In this document: piece after piece, positions 38,753 through 48,405 of the stretch
Numbering within the stretch: the stretch's first letter is position 1
How the letters are laid out: every line of letters starts with the position of its first letter
Program-made: the position numbers and the translations under genes
Notes under the pieces: model-generated
Told to the model about the DNA's origin: nothing
The model's database searches: none
The model's input: the letters and a program-made list of their open reading frames with translations, nothing else
From: an uncultured Gammaproteobacteria bacterium
GTDB lineage: Bacteria; Pseudomonadota; Gammaproteobacteria; CAVZZX01
Assembly (NCBI GenBank): GCA_963779865.1
Contig: CAVZZX010000003.1
Coordinates: forward strand, 816,957-880,956
Reading direction: 5' to 3'
Length of the DNA: 64,000 bases

Positions 38753-39772
38753 TCAGCCTTCGACCGGCGCGCCGGCCAGCGCATGGATCTTCTCGTACAG
38801 CGCGTCGGGCACGGAGATGCCGTTCTCGCTGGCTGCCGCGGCGTTGCGCCGCCGGCGCTCGCCCGGCAGGCGCACGCCCGCGTCCGCGAGCATGTGCTCG
38901 ATGAGCGTCTCGAGCCGCTCGTTGTACACATCCCCGCCGGCCAGGGCCTCGGGGTCGATCACCAGGAAGGCCTGCCCGATGGCCGAGCGGTTGCCCGTGG
39001 CGCTGAAGTAGGAGTCCACCTCGAAGCCGAAGTCCGCGCCGGTCAGGGCGCAGCAGAGCAGTTCCACCACCATGGCCAGCATGGCCCCCTTCACGCCGCC
39101 GGCCGGCGCCATGGTCCCGGCCAGTCCGGCCTGGGCGTCGGTGGTGGGCCGCCCTTCGGTATCCAGCGCCCAGCCTTCGGGGATCGACTCCTCACGCTGG
39201 GCGGCCACCAGGATCTTGCCGCGGGCGACCTGCGACAAGGCCAGGTCCACCACCAGCGGCTCCGCGTTGCGGCGTGGAAACGCCGCCGCGATCGGATTGG
39301 TACCGAACAGGGGTGTGCGCCCGCCCCAGGCCGCGATGGCTGCCGGGGAGTTGCCGAAGGCGAGGCCGACCATGCCGGCTTCGGCGACCGGCTTGAGGTG
39401 GAGCGCCGCGGCGCCCAGGTGGTGACTGTGGGCGATGCCCGCAAACGACACGCCGAATGAACGGGCGCGCTCAATCGCCTCGCCGATCGCCATCTCGCAG
39501 GCGGGAAAGGCCATCCCGTAGTTGGCATCGACGAGCACCGCCCCGCCCCGCTCCCGCGCGATGCTCGGCACGGCGTTCCCGTCGGTACGGCCGTTGGCGA
39601 GATGTCCGCAGTACATCGGGATCCGCGACAGTCCGTGCGAGGTCAGGCCTTGCGCCTCGGCGGCAAGCAGATGACGTGCAACCGTAGCGGAGACGGCGGC
39701 GGAGGCGCCTGCGCGCTCCAGCGCGCGGGCGGCGAGATCGAACAAGGTGTCGGCGGCGAGTACCCGAGGCAT
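38753..39772 (-). CDS. Ldh_2 family 2-hydroxyacid dehydrogenase (ComC / sulfolactate dehydrogenase-like)
   Basis: GLTSHGLSR, SHHLG, FGTNPIA, ARGKI, IPEGWALD..G.PTTD, GGVKG. Confidence 0.88.
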   Translation of the reverse strand: MPRVLAADTLFDLAARALERAGASAAVSATVARHLLAAEAQGLTSHGLSRIPMYCGHLANGRTDGNAVPSIARERGGAVLVDANYGMAFPACEMAIGEAIERARSFGVSFAGIAHSHHLGAAALHLKPVAEAGMVGLAFGNSPAAIAAWGGRTPLFGTNPIAAAFPRRNAEPLVVDLALSQVARGKILVAAQREESIPEGWALDTEGRPTTDAQAGLAGTMAPAGGVKGAMLAMVVELLCCALTGADFGFEVDSYFSATGNRSAIGQAFLVIDPEALAGGDVYNERLETLIEHMLADAGVRLPGERRRRNAAAASENGISVPDALYEKIHALAGAPVEG

Positions 39773-40004
39773 GCGCTGGTCCTGTGGCGTACGTTTCAGA
39801 GAAGGGGCAGGCCCGGATGCGCCGATGCCCGCAGACGGCGCCGCTCTCGTCGGGCGAGAGAGGGCCACGTGTTGCGCAAGCCTATCCTTTGCCGCCGAGC
39901 CCAGTCAACTGCATGACCTACACGACTAGCTTACCTGCATGACTCACCGCCGATCGGGTAGTGGTAGACTGCATGGGTCCTGTTGTCCACCCGGGGAAAA
40001 GAGC

Positions 40005-40754
40005 ATGCAGGGACCCATCGGCCAACCCGATCTCGGCCACGGCCCGCTGTACAAGCGCATCAAGGCGTTGTTGACCGACGGCCTTGCCAAGGGCCAGTGG
40101 CAACCGAACGAGCCGATCCCGAGTGAGGCCCGGCTGGCCGCGCAATTCCAGGTCAGCACGGGGACGGTGCGCAAGGCCATCGACGAGTTGGTGGCCGAGC
40201 GGATGCTGATCCGCCAGCAGGGTCGCGGCACCTTCGTGGCCGCGCACAGCCCTGCGCGCTCCCTCTATTACTTCTTTCATATCGTCGGGAAGGACGGCCA
40301 GAAGCGCTCCCCCTCGCCCGAGCTCGTCTCCTTCGAACACGACCGCGCCGATGTGGAGACGGCGCGCAGCCTGCGCATCCCCCCCGGGGCGCCGGTGTTG
40401 CGCATCTGCAATCTGCTCAAGCTCGATGACGAGCCGGTGGAGGTGGACGAAATCCTGGTCAGCGCCGCGAGCTTTCCCGGCCTCGGGCCCGAGGATCTGG
40501 CTCACCGCACCGGCACCATCTACCAGCTCTTTCAGCAGCGGTTCGGCATCAACATCGTGCACAGCACGGAGCAGCTGCGCGCGATCGCCGCCGATGCCCG
40601 CGACGCCGAGCTGCTCGGCGTCGCCGCAGGGGCGCCGATCCTGGAGATCGAGCGGCTGGCGTTCACCTATCACGACCGCCCGGTCGAGGTGCGCAAGTGC
40701 CACGTCAACACCGCACGGCACGTCTACTTCAACGATCTCTCCAAATCGCGCTAG
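40005..40754 (+). CDS. GntR family regulator (HutC type, UTRA domain)
   Basis: PLYKRIK, IPSEARLA..F.VS.GTVRKAIDEL, RQQGRGTFV. Confidence 0.92.
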   Translation: MQGPIGQPDLGHGPLYKRIKALLTDGLAKGQWQPNEPIPSEARLAAQFQVSTGTVRKAIDELVAERMLIRQQGRGTFVAAHSPARSLYYFFHIVGKDGQKRSPSPELVSFEHDRADVETARSLRIPPGAPVLRICNLLKLDDEPVEVDEILVSAASFPGLGPEDLAHRTGTIYQLFQQRFGINIVHSTEQLRAIAADARDAELLGVAAGAPILEIERLAFTYHDRPVEVRKCHVNTARHVYFNDLSKSR

Positions 40755-40768
40755 CCCCGCCCGGCCCC

Positions 40769-42304
40769 TCAGGCGCCGGGCTCGTCCACCAGCCGGCCTT
40801 CCCCGGCCCCGAGCTGCGCGCGCTCGCGCCGCTGGGCTCGCTCGCGCAGATTGCGCCGCACCACCAGGAAGACCGACAGCGCCGTGAGCGCCATGAAGAA
40901 CCAGCAGATCGCGCTGCTGAAGAAGATGCCCAGCGACCCCTTCGAGAGCAACAGTGAGCGGCGCAGATTGTCCTCGAACATCGGCCCGAGAATGAAGGCA
41001 ATGAGGAACGGCGCCGGGGGAATGTCGAACTTGAGCATGAAAAAGCCCAGCGCCCCCATCAGCACCATCACCCCCACGTCGAACATGCTCGAGTTCACCG
41101 CATACGCACCGTAGAAGCACAGCACGATCACGATGGGAAACAGAATGCTGTTGGGCACCTCGCCCAGGCGTGCAAATGCGCGAATGGCGACCTTGCCGGT
41201 GAGAAACAGCAGTACCGAGCTGAAGAGGATTCCCCAGAAGATCGCGTAGATCTCATTGATGTGCTGCTGGAACAGCATCGGCCCGGGGGTCAGGCCGTGG
41301 ATCATGAACGCACCCAGGATGACTGCGGTGATCACGTCGCCCGGCACACCGAGGGCCAGCAGCGGGATGAGCGTCGCGCCCGTGACGCCGTTGGCGCCGG
41401 CCTCGGCGGCCGCGACGCCCTCGATCTCCCCTTCGCCGAAGCGCTCGCCGTTCTTTGAGTTGCGCTTGGCCTCGCTGTAGGACATGAACGAGGCGGGGGC
41501 CGCACCGATCCCCGGGATGGCGCCCAGCACCACCCCGATGAGGCTGCCGCGCACGATGCTCTTCAGCGAACCGCGATAATCCGTCCAGGTCACCGAACTG
41601 CGGTCGACCCGGGTGGCCGCATGTCCCTTTTGGCGGCGCGCGTACTCATTGATGATCTCCGGCAGCGCAAACAGGCCGATGAGCACCGGGATGAAATTCA
41701 GCCCCCCCATCAGGTCCGCCGAGCCGAAGGCCAGGCGGCTCGACCCATACACCAGATCCAGCCCGATGGTGGCGGCGAGCAGCCCCAGTCCCGCGGACAC
41801 CAGGCCGCGGGTCAGGCTGATGCCGCAGACCCCGGCGATGATGGTCAACGAAAAGGTGATCAGCGCGAAGTATTCCGGCGGCCCGAAGCGCAGGGCGAAA
41901 CTGGCGATGAAGCCGGCGAAGAAGATCAGCGCAATGTTGGAGATGACATCTGCCGTGCAGCCGGCATAGAGCGCCATCTGCAGCGCCTTGCCCGCCTGGC
42001 CCTTGCGCGCCATGGGGTAGCCGTCGAGCACCGTGCAGGCCGCCGCGGGCGTCCCGGGCGTCTTGATCAGGATCGCGGGGATGGAGCCGCCGTAGATCGC
42101 CCCCTTGTAGATCCCGACCAGCAACAGGATGCCGGTAATCGGGTGCATGTAAAACGTGAAGGGCAGCGCGAGCGCCACCCCCATGGTGCCGGTCATGCCG
42201 GGGATTGCGCCGATCAGCACGCCGACGACCATGCCGCCGAAGATCGCCACAATGTTCGCACCGGAGAAAAACAACCCGAATCCGGCCTGTATCGTCTCGA
42301 GCAT
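40769..42304 (-). CDS. tctA: Tripartite tricarboxylate transporter large subunit
   Basis: GAIPGM, YGGSIPAIL..PGTP, LDGYPMA..G, EG+AAAE, LALGVPGD, PGPMLF. Start MLETIQ at 42304. Confidence 0.92.
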   Translation of the reverse strand: MLETIQAGFGLFFSGANIVAIFGGMVVGVLIGAIPGMTGTMGVALALPFTFYMHPITGILLLVGIYKGAIYGGSIPAILIKTPGTPAAACTVLDGYPMARKGQAGKALQMALYAGCTADVISNIALIFFAGFIASFALRFGPPEYFALITFSLTIIAGVCGISLTRGLVSAGLGLLAATIGLDLVYGSSRLAFGSADLMGGLNFIPVLIGLFALPEIINEYARRQKGHAATRVDRSSVTWTDYRGSLKSIVRGSLIGVVLGAIPGIGAAPASFMSYSEAKRNSKNGERFGEGEIEGVAAAEAGANGVTGATLIPLLALGVPGDVITAVILGAFMIHGLTPGPMLFQQHINEIYAIFWGILFSSVLLFLTGKVAIRAFARLGEVPNSILFPIVIVLCFYGAYAVNSSMFDVGVMVLMGALGFFMLKFDIPPAPFLIAFILGPMFEDNLRRSLLLSKGSLGIFFSSAICWFFMALTALSVFLVVRRNLRERAQRRERAQLGAGEGRLVDEPGA

Positions 42305-42315
42305 GGGGAAGCCTC

Positions 42316-42807
42316 TCAGCCAAAGATTCCGGTGGGCATCGGGATATTGGCCACCTGAGTGAAGAAGTAGTAGAGCCCGACCGGCAGCAGGATTGCCAGC
42401 GGCGCCAGAATGACTACCCGGCGCTCGCCGTACAGGAGCGCAAACAGGGGCAGGGCAATCACCGAGCTCAGGACGATCCCCAGCACGTGCAGGGCCCACG
42501 CGTAGAGCGCCAGAAGCATCAGCGCCCCTGCGATCTTGCCCCAGGCGAGCGCCGCGGGCAGTGCATCGTCCGCGCGAGCGGCACGCTGGCGGGGAGCGCC
42601 CTGCATGGCCTTCACTTCGAACAGGCCCTGGGCGACCAGCACCATCCCCAGCAAGATCAGGCCGGTGCTGACCACACTGGGCCATGCCGCGGGCGAAATG
42701 GCCCCATCGGGGAGACTCTGCGGCACCCAGATGCCGTTCGGAATGGCCACGAACAACACCACGGCGAAGACGACGATCAATACAATGCCGAGGGCAGCTG
42801 TCTTCAT
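42316..42807 (-). CDS. tctB: Tripartite tricarboxylate transporter small subunit
   Basis: Four TM segments, PAAWP, C-terminal IPMPTG; lies between tctC and tctA. Confidence 0.85.
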   Translation of the reverse strand: MKTAALGIVLIVVFAVVLFVAIPNGIWVPQSLPDGAISPAAWPSVVSTGLILLGMVLVAQGLFEVKAMQGAPRQRAARADDALPAALAWGKIAGALMLLALYAWALHVLGIVLSSVIALPLFALLYGERRVVILAPLAILLPVGLYYFFTQVANIPMPTGIFG

Positions 42808-42866
42808 CGCAACAACTCCAGATGAAGCCGCCGACCGGATGCGGCCGGCGGCTGTTTGCAGTGCCG

Positions 42867-43862
42867 TTATTGGACGATGAGCCCGATCTTCTTGGCGAGC
42901 CTGTGATAGGTCTGGTACTGGTTGTCGACGAACTTGGCGGTTTCCTCGGGCGACTTGATGTAGGGAACCGAACCGAGCTTCTTCTCCAGGCCGACCCAGG
43001 TCTTGTCCTGGGCGATCTTCTGCAGCGCAGCCGTCCACTTCTGCACCGCCTCCTTGGGCATCCCCGGCGGCCCGTACAAGGCACTCCAGCCAATGATGGA
43101 TTCCAGCTTCGGATAGCCGAGCTCTTTCACGGTGGGCACATTGGGCAGCCCCTCATAGCGTGCCGGCGTGGTCACCGCCAGCGCACGAAGCTTACCGGCC
43201 TGCACGTTGCTCAGCACGGTGGCCAGGTTCACGCCAAGGAAATCCACGTGTCCGCCGAGCAGCGCCGTGGCCGCGCCGCCGCCGCCCTTGTAAGGCACCA
43301 TCGTTGCGGCGTTCGGCTTCAGGCCGAGCGAATCGAACAGCATCTGCGGGCCCATGTTGAGGATCGTTCCCGGCCCGGAGGTGCTGTAGCTGAGCTTGCC
43401 CGGATGGGCCTTCAGCGCCTTGACCAGGTCGCCGAAGGTCTTGTACGGCGAATCGGCCTTGACGACGAAGACATAGGGGTTGAGCTCGAGCAGCCCCAGC
43501 ATGGTGAAGTCGTCGTACTTGTAGGGGATGGTCTTGTTGAGCGCCGGCCCGACCGCCTCGGCCCCCACGCGCGCCGTGAGCAGCGTGTAGCCGTCCGGCC
43601 GGGAGTTGTGAACGAAGTTCGAGCCCACAATCCCCCCGCCGCCGGTGCGGTTGACCACCAGCACGGGTTGCCCGAGGTATTGGGGGGCGACCGACGCGAG
43701 CGTGCGCGATGCGAGATCGGAGGCGCCGCCCGGCCCGTACGGGGCCACCAGTTCGACGGGTTTGCTGGGGTATTCGGCATGTGCTGCCCCCCAACCCACC
43801 AGCGCCGCAGACATGGCGACGGCCGAGACTACGGAGCGTAGTAAGTGACGTTGTGGTTTCAT
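42867..43862 (-). CDS. tctC: Tripartite tricarboxylate transporter substrate-binding protein
   Basis: Signal peptide, YPSKPV..PYGPGGASD..R, PDGYTLL, VPYKGGG, PNVPT.KELG. Confidence 0.93.
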   Translation of the reverse strand: MKPQRHLLRSVVSAVAMSAALVGWGAAHAEYPSKPVELVAPYGPGGASDLASRTLASVAPQYLGQPVLVVNRTGGGGIVGSNFVHNSRPDGYTLLTARVGAEAVGPALNKTIPYKYDDFTMLGLLELNPYVFVVKADSPYKTFGDLVKALKAHPGKLSYSTSGPGTILNMGPQMLFDSLGLKPNAATMVPYKGGGGAATALLGGHVDFLGVNLATVLSNVQAGKLRALAVTTPARYEGLPNVPTVKELGYPKLESIIGWSALYGPPGMPKEAVQKWTAALQKIAQDKTWVGLEKKLGSVPYIKSPEETAKFVDNQYQTYHRLAKKIGLIVQ

Positions 43863-44001
43863 TACTCCTCCTCTCTTCTTTGAGATCGTTCGCCGGCAGG
43901 CTCAGGCCCGCACATAGTGCACGGGCTTCACCGTAAGCGCGTTAACCTACGTGATGAATTGCACACACCTCGTATCTGAAATAGCACCTCCCGTTTGCTG
44001 C

Positions 44002-46950
44002 TCAGGCATCGTCCGACGTCGCCACGACAGCGTCGTCGCTGCGAGTCGTTTGCTCGAGGTCTTGCGGCGTCGCGGCCACACAGGCCAGCAGCGCCTCGGA
44101 AAGATGTAGGGCCTGTCGCCCGGAGCCTTGCCGGATCTGCTCCCGGCAACTGAAGCCGCTGGCGACAATCGCCGCCTCCGGGCCGGCCGTGCGCACTGCC
44201 GGCAGCAAGGCCTGCTCGCCGAGACGTCTCGAGACCTCCAGGGTCTGCGGCATGAAGCCGAACGAACCCGCCATGCCGCAACAACCGGGCTCGGGCTCGC
44301 TGACCCGGTAGCCCGCCGCCTCGAGCAGGCGCCGTTCGGCGCCGGCGTCGAACACCGCCTTCTGGTGACAATGCCCATGCAGGACGGCGGCGCCGCGTGC
44401 CGCGGAGGCCGGCCGAAAGCCCGAGCGCTCGAGAAATTCGCTGAGCAGGAAGCTGCGGTCGGCCAGGGCACGGGCGCGCGCGTCCTCGCCGAGCAGATCC
44501 AGCGCCTCGTCGCGGAACAGCGACATGCAGGCCGGTTCCAGCCCCACCAGCGGTATGCCGCGATCGACGAACGGCTGCAAGGACTCCAGCACCGTACGCA
44601 GACGCTGCCGGGCGACGTCCAGCAAGCCCGCGTCATAGAGTGGCCGTCCACAGCAGATCGGCCGCGGCGGCAGGAGCACGCGGTACCCGGCGGCACGCAG
44701 GAGCTGCGCCGCCGCCGAAGCGGCCTCGGGCTGGAAGTAGTTGTTGAACGTATCGGGCCACAGCACCACCGCGTCACCCCCGCCCTCGTTGAGGGCATCG
44801 GGCGTGAAGCCGGCGGTAAACGGCCGCTGCGCGAGTGCGGGGAAGGTGCGACCCGGCGCCGTCCCCGCCACGAGGCGCGCCAGGCGGCCGACGCCGCGCC
44901 CGCGCGCCATCCAGTTGGCCAGGCGCGGCACACGCGCCGCGAACTGCGCCCAGTCGCCGATGCGCGCCATCAGCGCCGTCCCCCGCGGCCGCCGGTTCTT
45001 CGTGTAATAGTGGGAGAGAAACTCGGCCTTGTAGGTGGCCATGTCCACCGCCGTGGGGCATTCCTTCTTGCAGCCTTTGCAGGACAGGCAGAAGTCCAGC
45101 GCGTCCTTGATGTCGGCGTTGTTCCACGCATCGTCGAGGATCTCGCCGCGCGTCATCTCGAACAACAGGCGTGCCCGGCCGCGCGTGGAGTAGCGCTCCT
45201 CGCCGGTCGCCCGGTAGCTGGGACACATCAGCCCCGGGGCCCGTGCGCGGCACTTGGCGGTGCCATTGCAGCGTTCGGTGGCCTGCGCGAAACTGCCGCC
45301 GTCGCCGCCGAAATGGAAACGCGTCGGCAGCGACTTGGGCGCGTAATCCGGGCCCAGGCGCAGGTTGTCGTCCAGCTTGTAGGCATCGATCAGCTTGCGC
45401 GGATTCATCTGCCCGGCCGGATCCCAGATGCGCTTGAAGCTGCGGAACACCTCCATGACCTCATCGCCGTACATGAGCGGCAGCAACTCGGCCTTGGCCT
45501 GACCATCGCCGTGCTCGCCCGACAGCGAGCCGCCGTGAGCGACGACCAGCTCGGCCGCCTCGTGCAGAAAGGCGCGCCAGTCGCGCACGCCCTCGCGACT
45601 GCGCAGATCGAAGTTGACGCGCCCATGTATGCAGCCGTCGCCGAAATGCCCGAACAGCGAGGAGCGATATCCGTACTTGTGCAGCAGCGCACGGTACTTG
45701 CGCAGGTAGTCTCCAAGGCGTTCCGGATCGACGGCGGCGTCTTCCCAGCCCACCACCATCTCCGGCTCGTTGCCCTGGCGAATGCTGGGCGAGGCGCCGG
45801 TTTCGCGTACGCTCCAGGCGGCGAGCTGCCGCGCCGGGTCCTCCAACCGGACCGCGCCGGTGGTGCGCCCGTCCTCCTCCATCGCGGCTTGCGCGGCGCG
45901 GGCCGCCGCCGTCGCGGCCCGGACATCGTCGCCGCCGAATTCGGCGAACAACCACGCTTCTCCCGGCGGCAACAGCGCCAGGCCTTGGGCGCACATGTCG
46001 CGCCGCTTCAGCCCCGCGACGATCTCGCTGTCGATCCCCTCCACCGCCAGCGGCCGGTGCTGCATCAAGTGCGGGGTCGCATCGGCGGCCACCGCAATAT
46101 CCGGGAAGCCAAGCACCACCAGCACCCGCGCGAGCGGCTCGGGGATGAGGCGCACCCGCGCCTGCAGGACCGCCACGCAGGTGCCTTCGGAGCCCACCAG
46201 CGCACGGGCGACGTTGAAGTCCTCTTCGGGAAGCAGGCGATCGAGGTTGTAGCCGGACACGCGCCTGCGGATGGAGGGGAACCGGCTGCGCATCAACTCC
46301 CCGTGCGTCCGGGCAAGCTGCTTGAGCTGCCGATAGATCTCCGCACGGCGTCCGCCTGCGGACACGATCTCGTCGTAGGCCGTCTCGTCGGTCGGCCCGA
46401 CCCAGAAGCGTTCACCCTCGTAGGTGAGCACCTCGAGTTCGATGACGTTGTCATCGGTCTTGCCGGCCACCACCGAATGAGCGCCGCAGGAGTTATTCCC
46501 GATCATCCCGCCCAGGGTGCAGCGGCTGTGCGTGCCCGGGTCCGGACCGAACACCAGGCCGTGAGGGCGCGCGGCCGCGGTCAGGGCGTCGCAGACGATG
46601 CCGGGCTCCACGCGTGCGGTGCGCGCTTCGGCGTCGATCTCCAGAACCCGGTTCATGTACTTCGAGTAATCGAGCACCACCGCCACGTTACAGCACTGGC
46701 CGTTCTGCGACGTGCCGCCCCCGCGCGAGAGAACCGGGACGCCGTGTTCACGACAGACGCGGAACGCCGCTTCGACGTCCTCGGCGTGTCGCGGCAGGAC
46801 CACACCGTAGGGCAGTTGCCGGTAGTTCGATGCATCGGCGCTGTAGAGTGCACAGTCGCCCTCGGAAAACCGCACCTCGCCTTCGATCACGGCGCGCAGC
46901 GCCTCCTCGAGCGCCGCGCTGCTGATGTTCTTCGGCTGCGGTTTACCCAT
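44002..46950 (-). CDS. FAD-linked 4Fe-4S/CCG 2-hydroxyacid dehydrogenase (GlcD-GlcF-like fusion)
   Basis: RGGGTS, GGMIGNNSCG, GSEGT, GHFGDGC+H, SGEHGDG, CLSCKGCKKECP, CCG, HGHCH. Confidence 0.9.
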   Translation of the reverse strand: MGKPQPKNISSAALEEALRAVIEGEVRFSEGDCALYSADASNYRQLPYGVVLPRHAEDVEAAFRVCREHGVPVLSRGGGTSQNGQCCNVAVVLDYSKYMNRVLEIDAEARTARVEPGIVCDALTAAARPHGLVFGPDPGTHSRCTLGGMIGNNSCGAHSVVAGKTDDNVIELEVLTYEGERFWVGPTDETAYDEIVSAGGRRAEIYRQLKQLARTHGELMRSRFPSIRRRVSGYNLDRLLPEEDFNVARALVGSEGTCVAVLQARVRLIPEPLARVLVVLGFPDIAVAADATPHLMQHRPLAVEGIDSEIVAGLKRRDMCAQGLALLPPGEAWLFAEFGGDDVRAATAAARAAQAAMEEDGRTTGAVRLEDPARQLAAWSVRETGASPSIRQGNEPEMVVGWEDAAVDPERLGDYLRKYRALLHKYGYRSSLFGHFGDGCIHGRVNFDLRSREGVRDWRAFLHEAAELVVAHGGSLSGEHGDGQAKAELLPLMYGDEVMEVFRSFKRIWDPAGQMNPRKLIDAYKLDDNLRLGPDYAPKSLPTRFHFGGDGGSFAQATERCNGTAKCRARAPGLMCPSYRATGEERYSTRGRARLLFEMTRGEILDDAWNNADIKDALDFCLSCKGCKKECPTAVDMATYKAEFLSHYYTKNRRPRGTALMARIGDWAQFAARVPRLANWMARGRGVGRLARLVAGTAPGRTFPALAQRPFTAGFTPDALNEGGGDAVVLWPDTFNNYFQPEAASAAAQLLRAAGYRVLLPPRPICCGRPLYDAGLLDVARQRLRTVLESLQPFVDRGIPLVGLEPACMSLFRDEALDLLGEDARARALADRSFLLSEFLERSGFRPASAARGAAVLHGHCHQKAVFDAGAERRLLEAAGYRVSEPEPGCCGMAGSFGFMPQTLEVSRRLGEQALLPAVRTAGPEAAIVASGFSCREQIRQGSGRQALHLSEALLACVAATPQDLEQTTRSDDAVVATSDDA

Positions 46951-46967
46951 GGTGTTCTGCGCCTGCC

Positions 46968-48128
46968 TCACAGCGGTGCCGTGGTCTTGGGGCACATGAG
47001 CTGGCCTTCGCCCCAGTCTTCGGTGCGGGTGGAGACGCCGCCCGCGACCGCCCGCACCAGGTCGCCGAGCTGCGCGCTCGTCTGCTCGAGGTCGGTCTGC
47101 GCGCGCACCAGGGCGCTGACGTCGAGATCGATACCGTCTGCCCAGACGTCCACGGTATGGGGATTGCCGCACACCTTGAGCGTGGGGACCAGCGGGTTGC
47201 CCGAGGGATTGAACACGCCGATCCCGAACAGGGTGAGTTGTGCTCCGGCGGCCACCATGCCGCTGATGGACATGGGCGAGAAGAACGGCGTGTCCATGAA
47301 ATGCAGGCCCCGCACCGAGGGGCGCTCGGCAAAGTCCAGGCAGCTGCGAAACGGCGTCGTCCCGGTCTTGGCGACCGCCCCCATGCTTTTCTCCACCAGC
47401 GTGCTGAGTCCGGCCGCAATGTTCTCGGCGGTGGGATTCACGCCGCGGTAGTCGGTGCCGTCCTGCTGCATCATCGCTTCGCGCATGGCCAGCCGCGCCA
47501 GAATCGCCTCGGCCACCTGCGACGACTCGGCACGTGCCCGGACCACGTGCTCGGCGCCGATGAACTCCGCCGTCTCTGACACGATGGCGCTGCCGCCCGC
47601 GGCGATGAGCGCATCGACGAAGCGGCCGATGGTGGGGTTGGCGCACAGGCCGCTGGTCGCGTCCGAACCGCCGCACTCCAGCGCCACCGTGAGCTCGCCC
47701 AGCGGGGCGCTCACGCGGGCGACCTGCGCCGCCTCGCGCAAAACCTGCTGCAAGGCCGTGCGTCCACGCTCGACGGCGTCCTGGATCCCGCCCGCCTGCA
47801 TGAAGGCCTGCACGGCCAGCGGCTTGCCGACCTGCGCGTAGCGGGCCCGCAACGACTCGGCCGCCGGCACGTCGTGCACCAACAGCACGGCGCCGCCGAG
47901 GTTGGGGTGATGCACGAGGCCGTCGAGGAAGCGCTGCTGCACGGCCGCGTCGGGGCCGCGCAGGCCGCGCATGAACTCCCCGCTGGCACACAGCGCACCG
48001 GGCACGCCCGCGGCGATCAGCTCCGCCAGCCGGTTGGTGAGTGCGACCGTCGACAGCACGACAACGTGGTTGCGAATGCCGAAGCGCCCGTCCGCACGCG
48101 GATACCCTTCAAAGCTCCACTGCGCCAC
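46968..48128 (-). CDS. UxaA family dehydratase/sulfo-lyase large subunit (SuyB-like)
   Basis: GYPRADGRFGIRNHV, HPN, ECGGSDATSG..ANP, SETAEFIGAE, N..AGLST..EKSMG; GTG start after AGGAGG. Confidence 0.88.
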   Translation of the reverse strand: MAQWSFEGYPRADGRFGIRNHVVVLSTVALTNRLAELIAAGVPGALCASGEFMRGLRGPDAAVQQRFLDGLVHHPNLGGAVLLVHDVPAAESLRARYAQVGKPLAVQAFMQAGGIQDAVERGRTALQQVLREAAQVARVSAPLGELTVALECGGSDATSGLCANPTIGRFVDALIAAGGSAIVSETAEFIGAEHVVRARAESSQVAEAILARLAMREAMMQQDGTDYRGVNPTAENIAAGLSTLVEKSMGAVAKTGTTPFRSCLDFAERPSVRGLHFMDTPFFSPMSISGMVAAGAQLTLFGIGVFNPSGNPLVPTLKVCGNPHTVDVWADGIDLDVSALVRAQTDLEQTSAQLGDLVRAVAGGVSTRTEDWGEGQLMCPKTTAPL

Positions 48129-48147
48129 TGTTTCCTCCTGCGTGCGA

Positions 48148-48405
48148 TCAGGCACAGTTGTGCACGTGCACGTGTTCACCCGGGCGAATGGCTTGCGTTG
48201 CCGTGCCGATGACCACCCCGTACTTGCGCACCGGCGCGCCGGCGGCAATGGCCCGAACTGCCGCCTTGTGGCCGAAGGGAACGCCCGCATCCACCGGCTG
48301 ACCGCCGGCCAGGGTCGCCAGATCGGCGCGGTCGTCGAGCAAGGTCGTGACGTTGTCCGCCTCGTCCAGTTGGATGTGGCTGCGTGCGGCACCGGAGCGG
48401 CTCAT
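48148..48405 (-). CDS. UxaA family small SAF-domain subunit (SuyA-like)
   Basis: DNV, VPFGHKAA..I..G..VRKYG..IG.A...I.PGEHVHVHN. Confidence 0.88.
   Translation of the reverse strand: MSRSGAARSHIQLDEADNVTTLLDDRADLATLAGGQPVDAGVPFGHKAAVRAIAAGAPVRKYGVVIGTATQAIRPGEHVHVHNCA

Noticed and set aside
40769..47991. Apparent giant fusion ORFs (774 aa TctA, 1329 aa oxidoreductase; likewise 682 aa Wzt and 682 aa adaptor)
   Set aside because: The N-terminal extensions are off-frame read-through over neighbouring genes; family-typical starts lie downstream.
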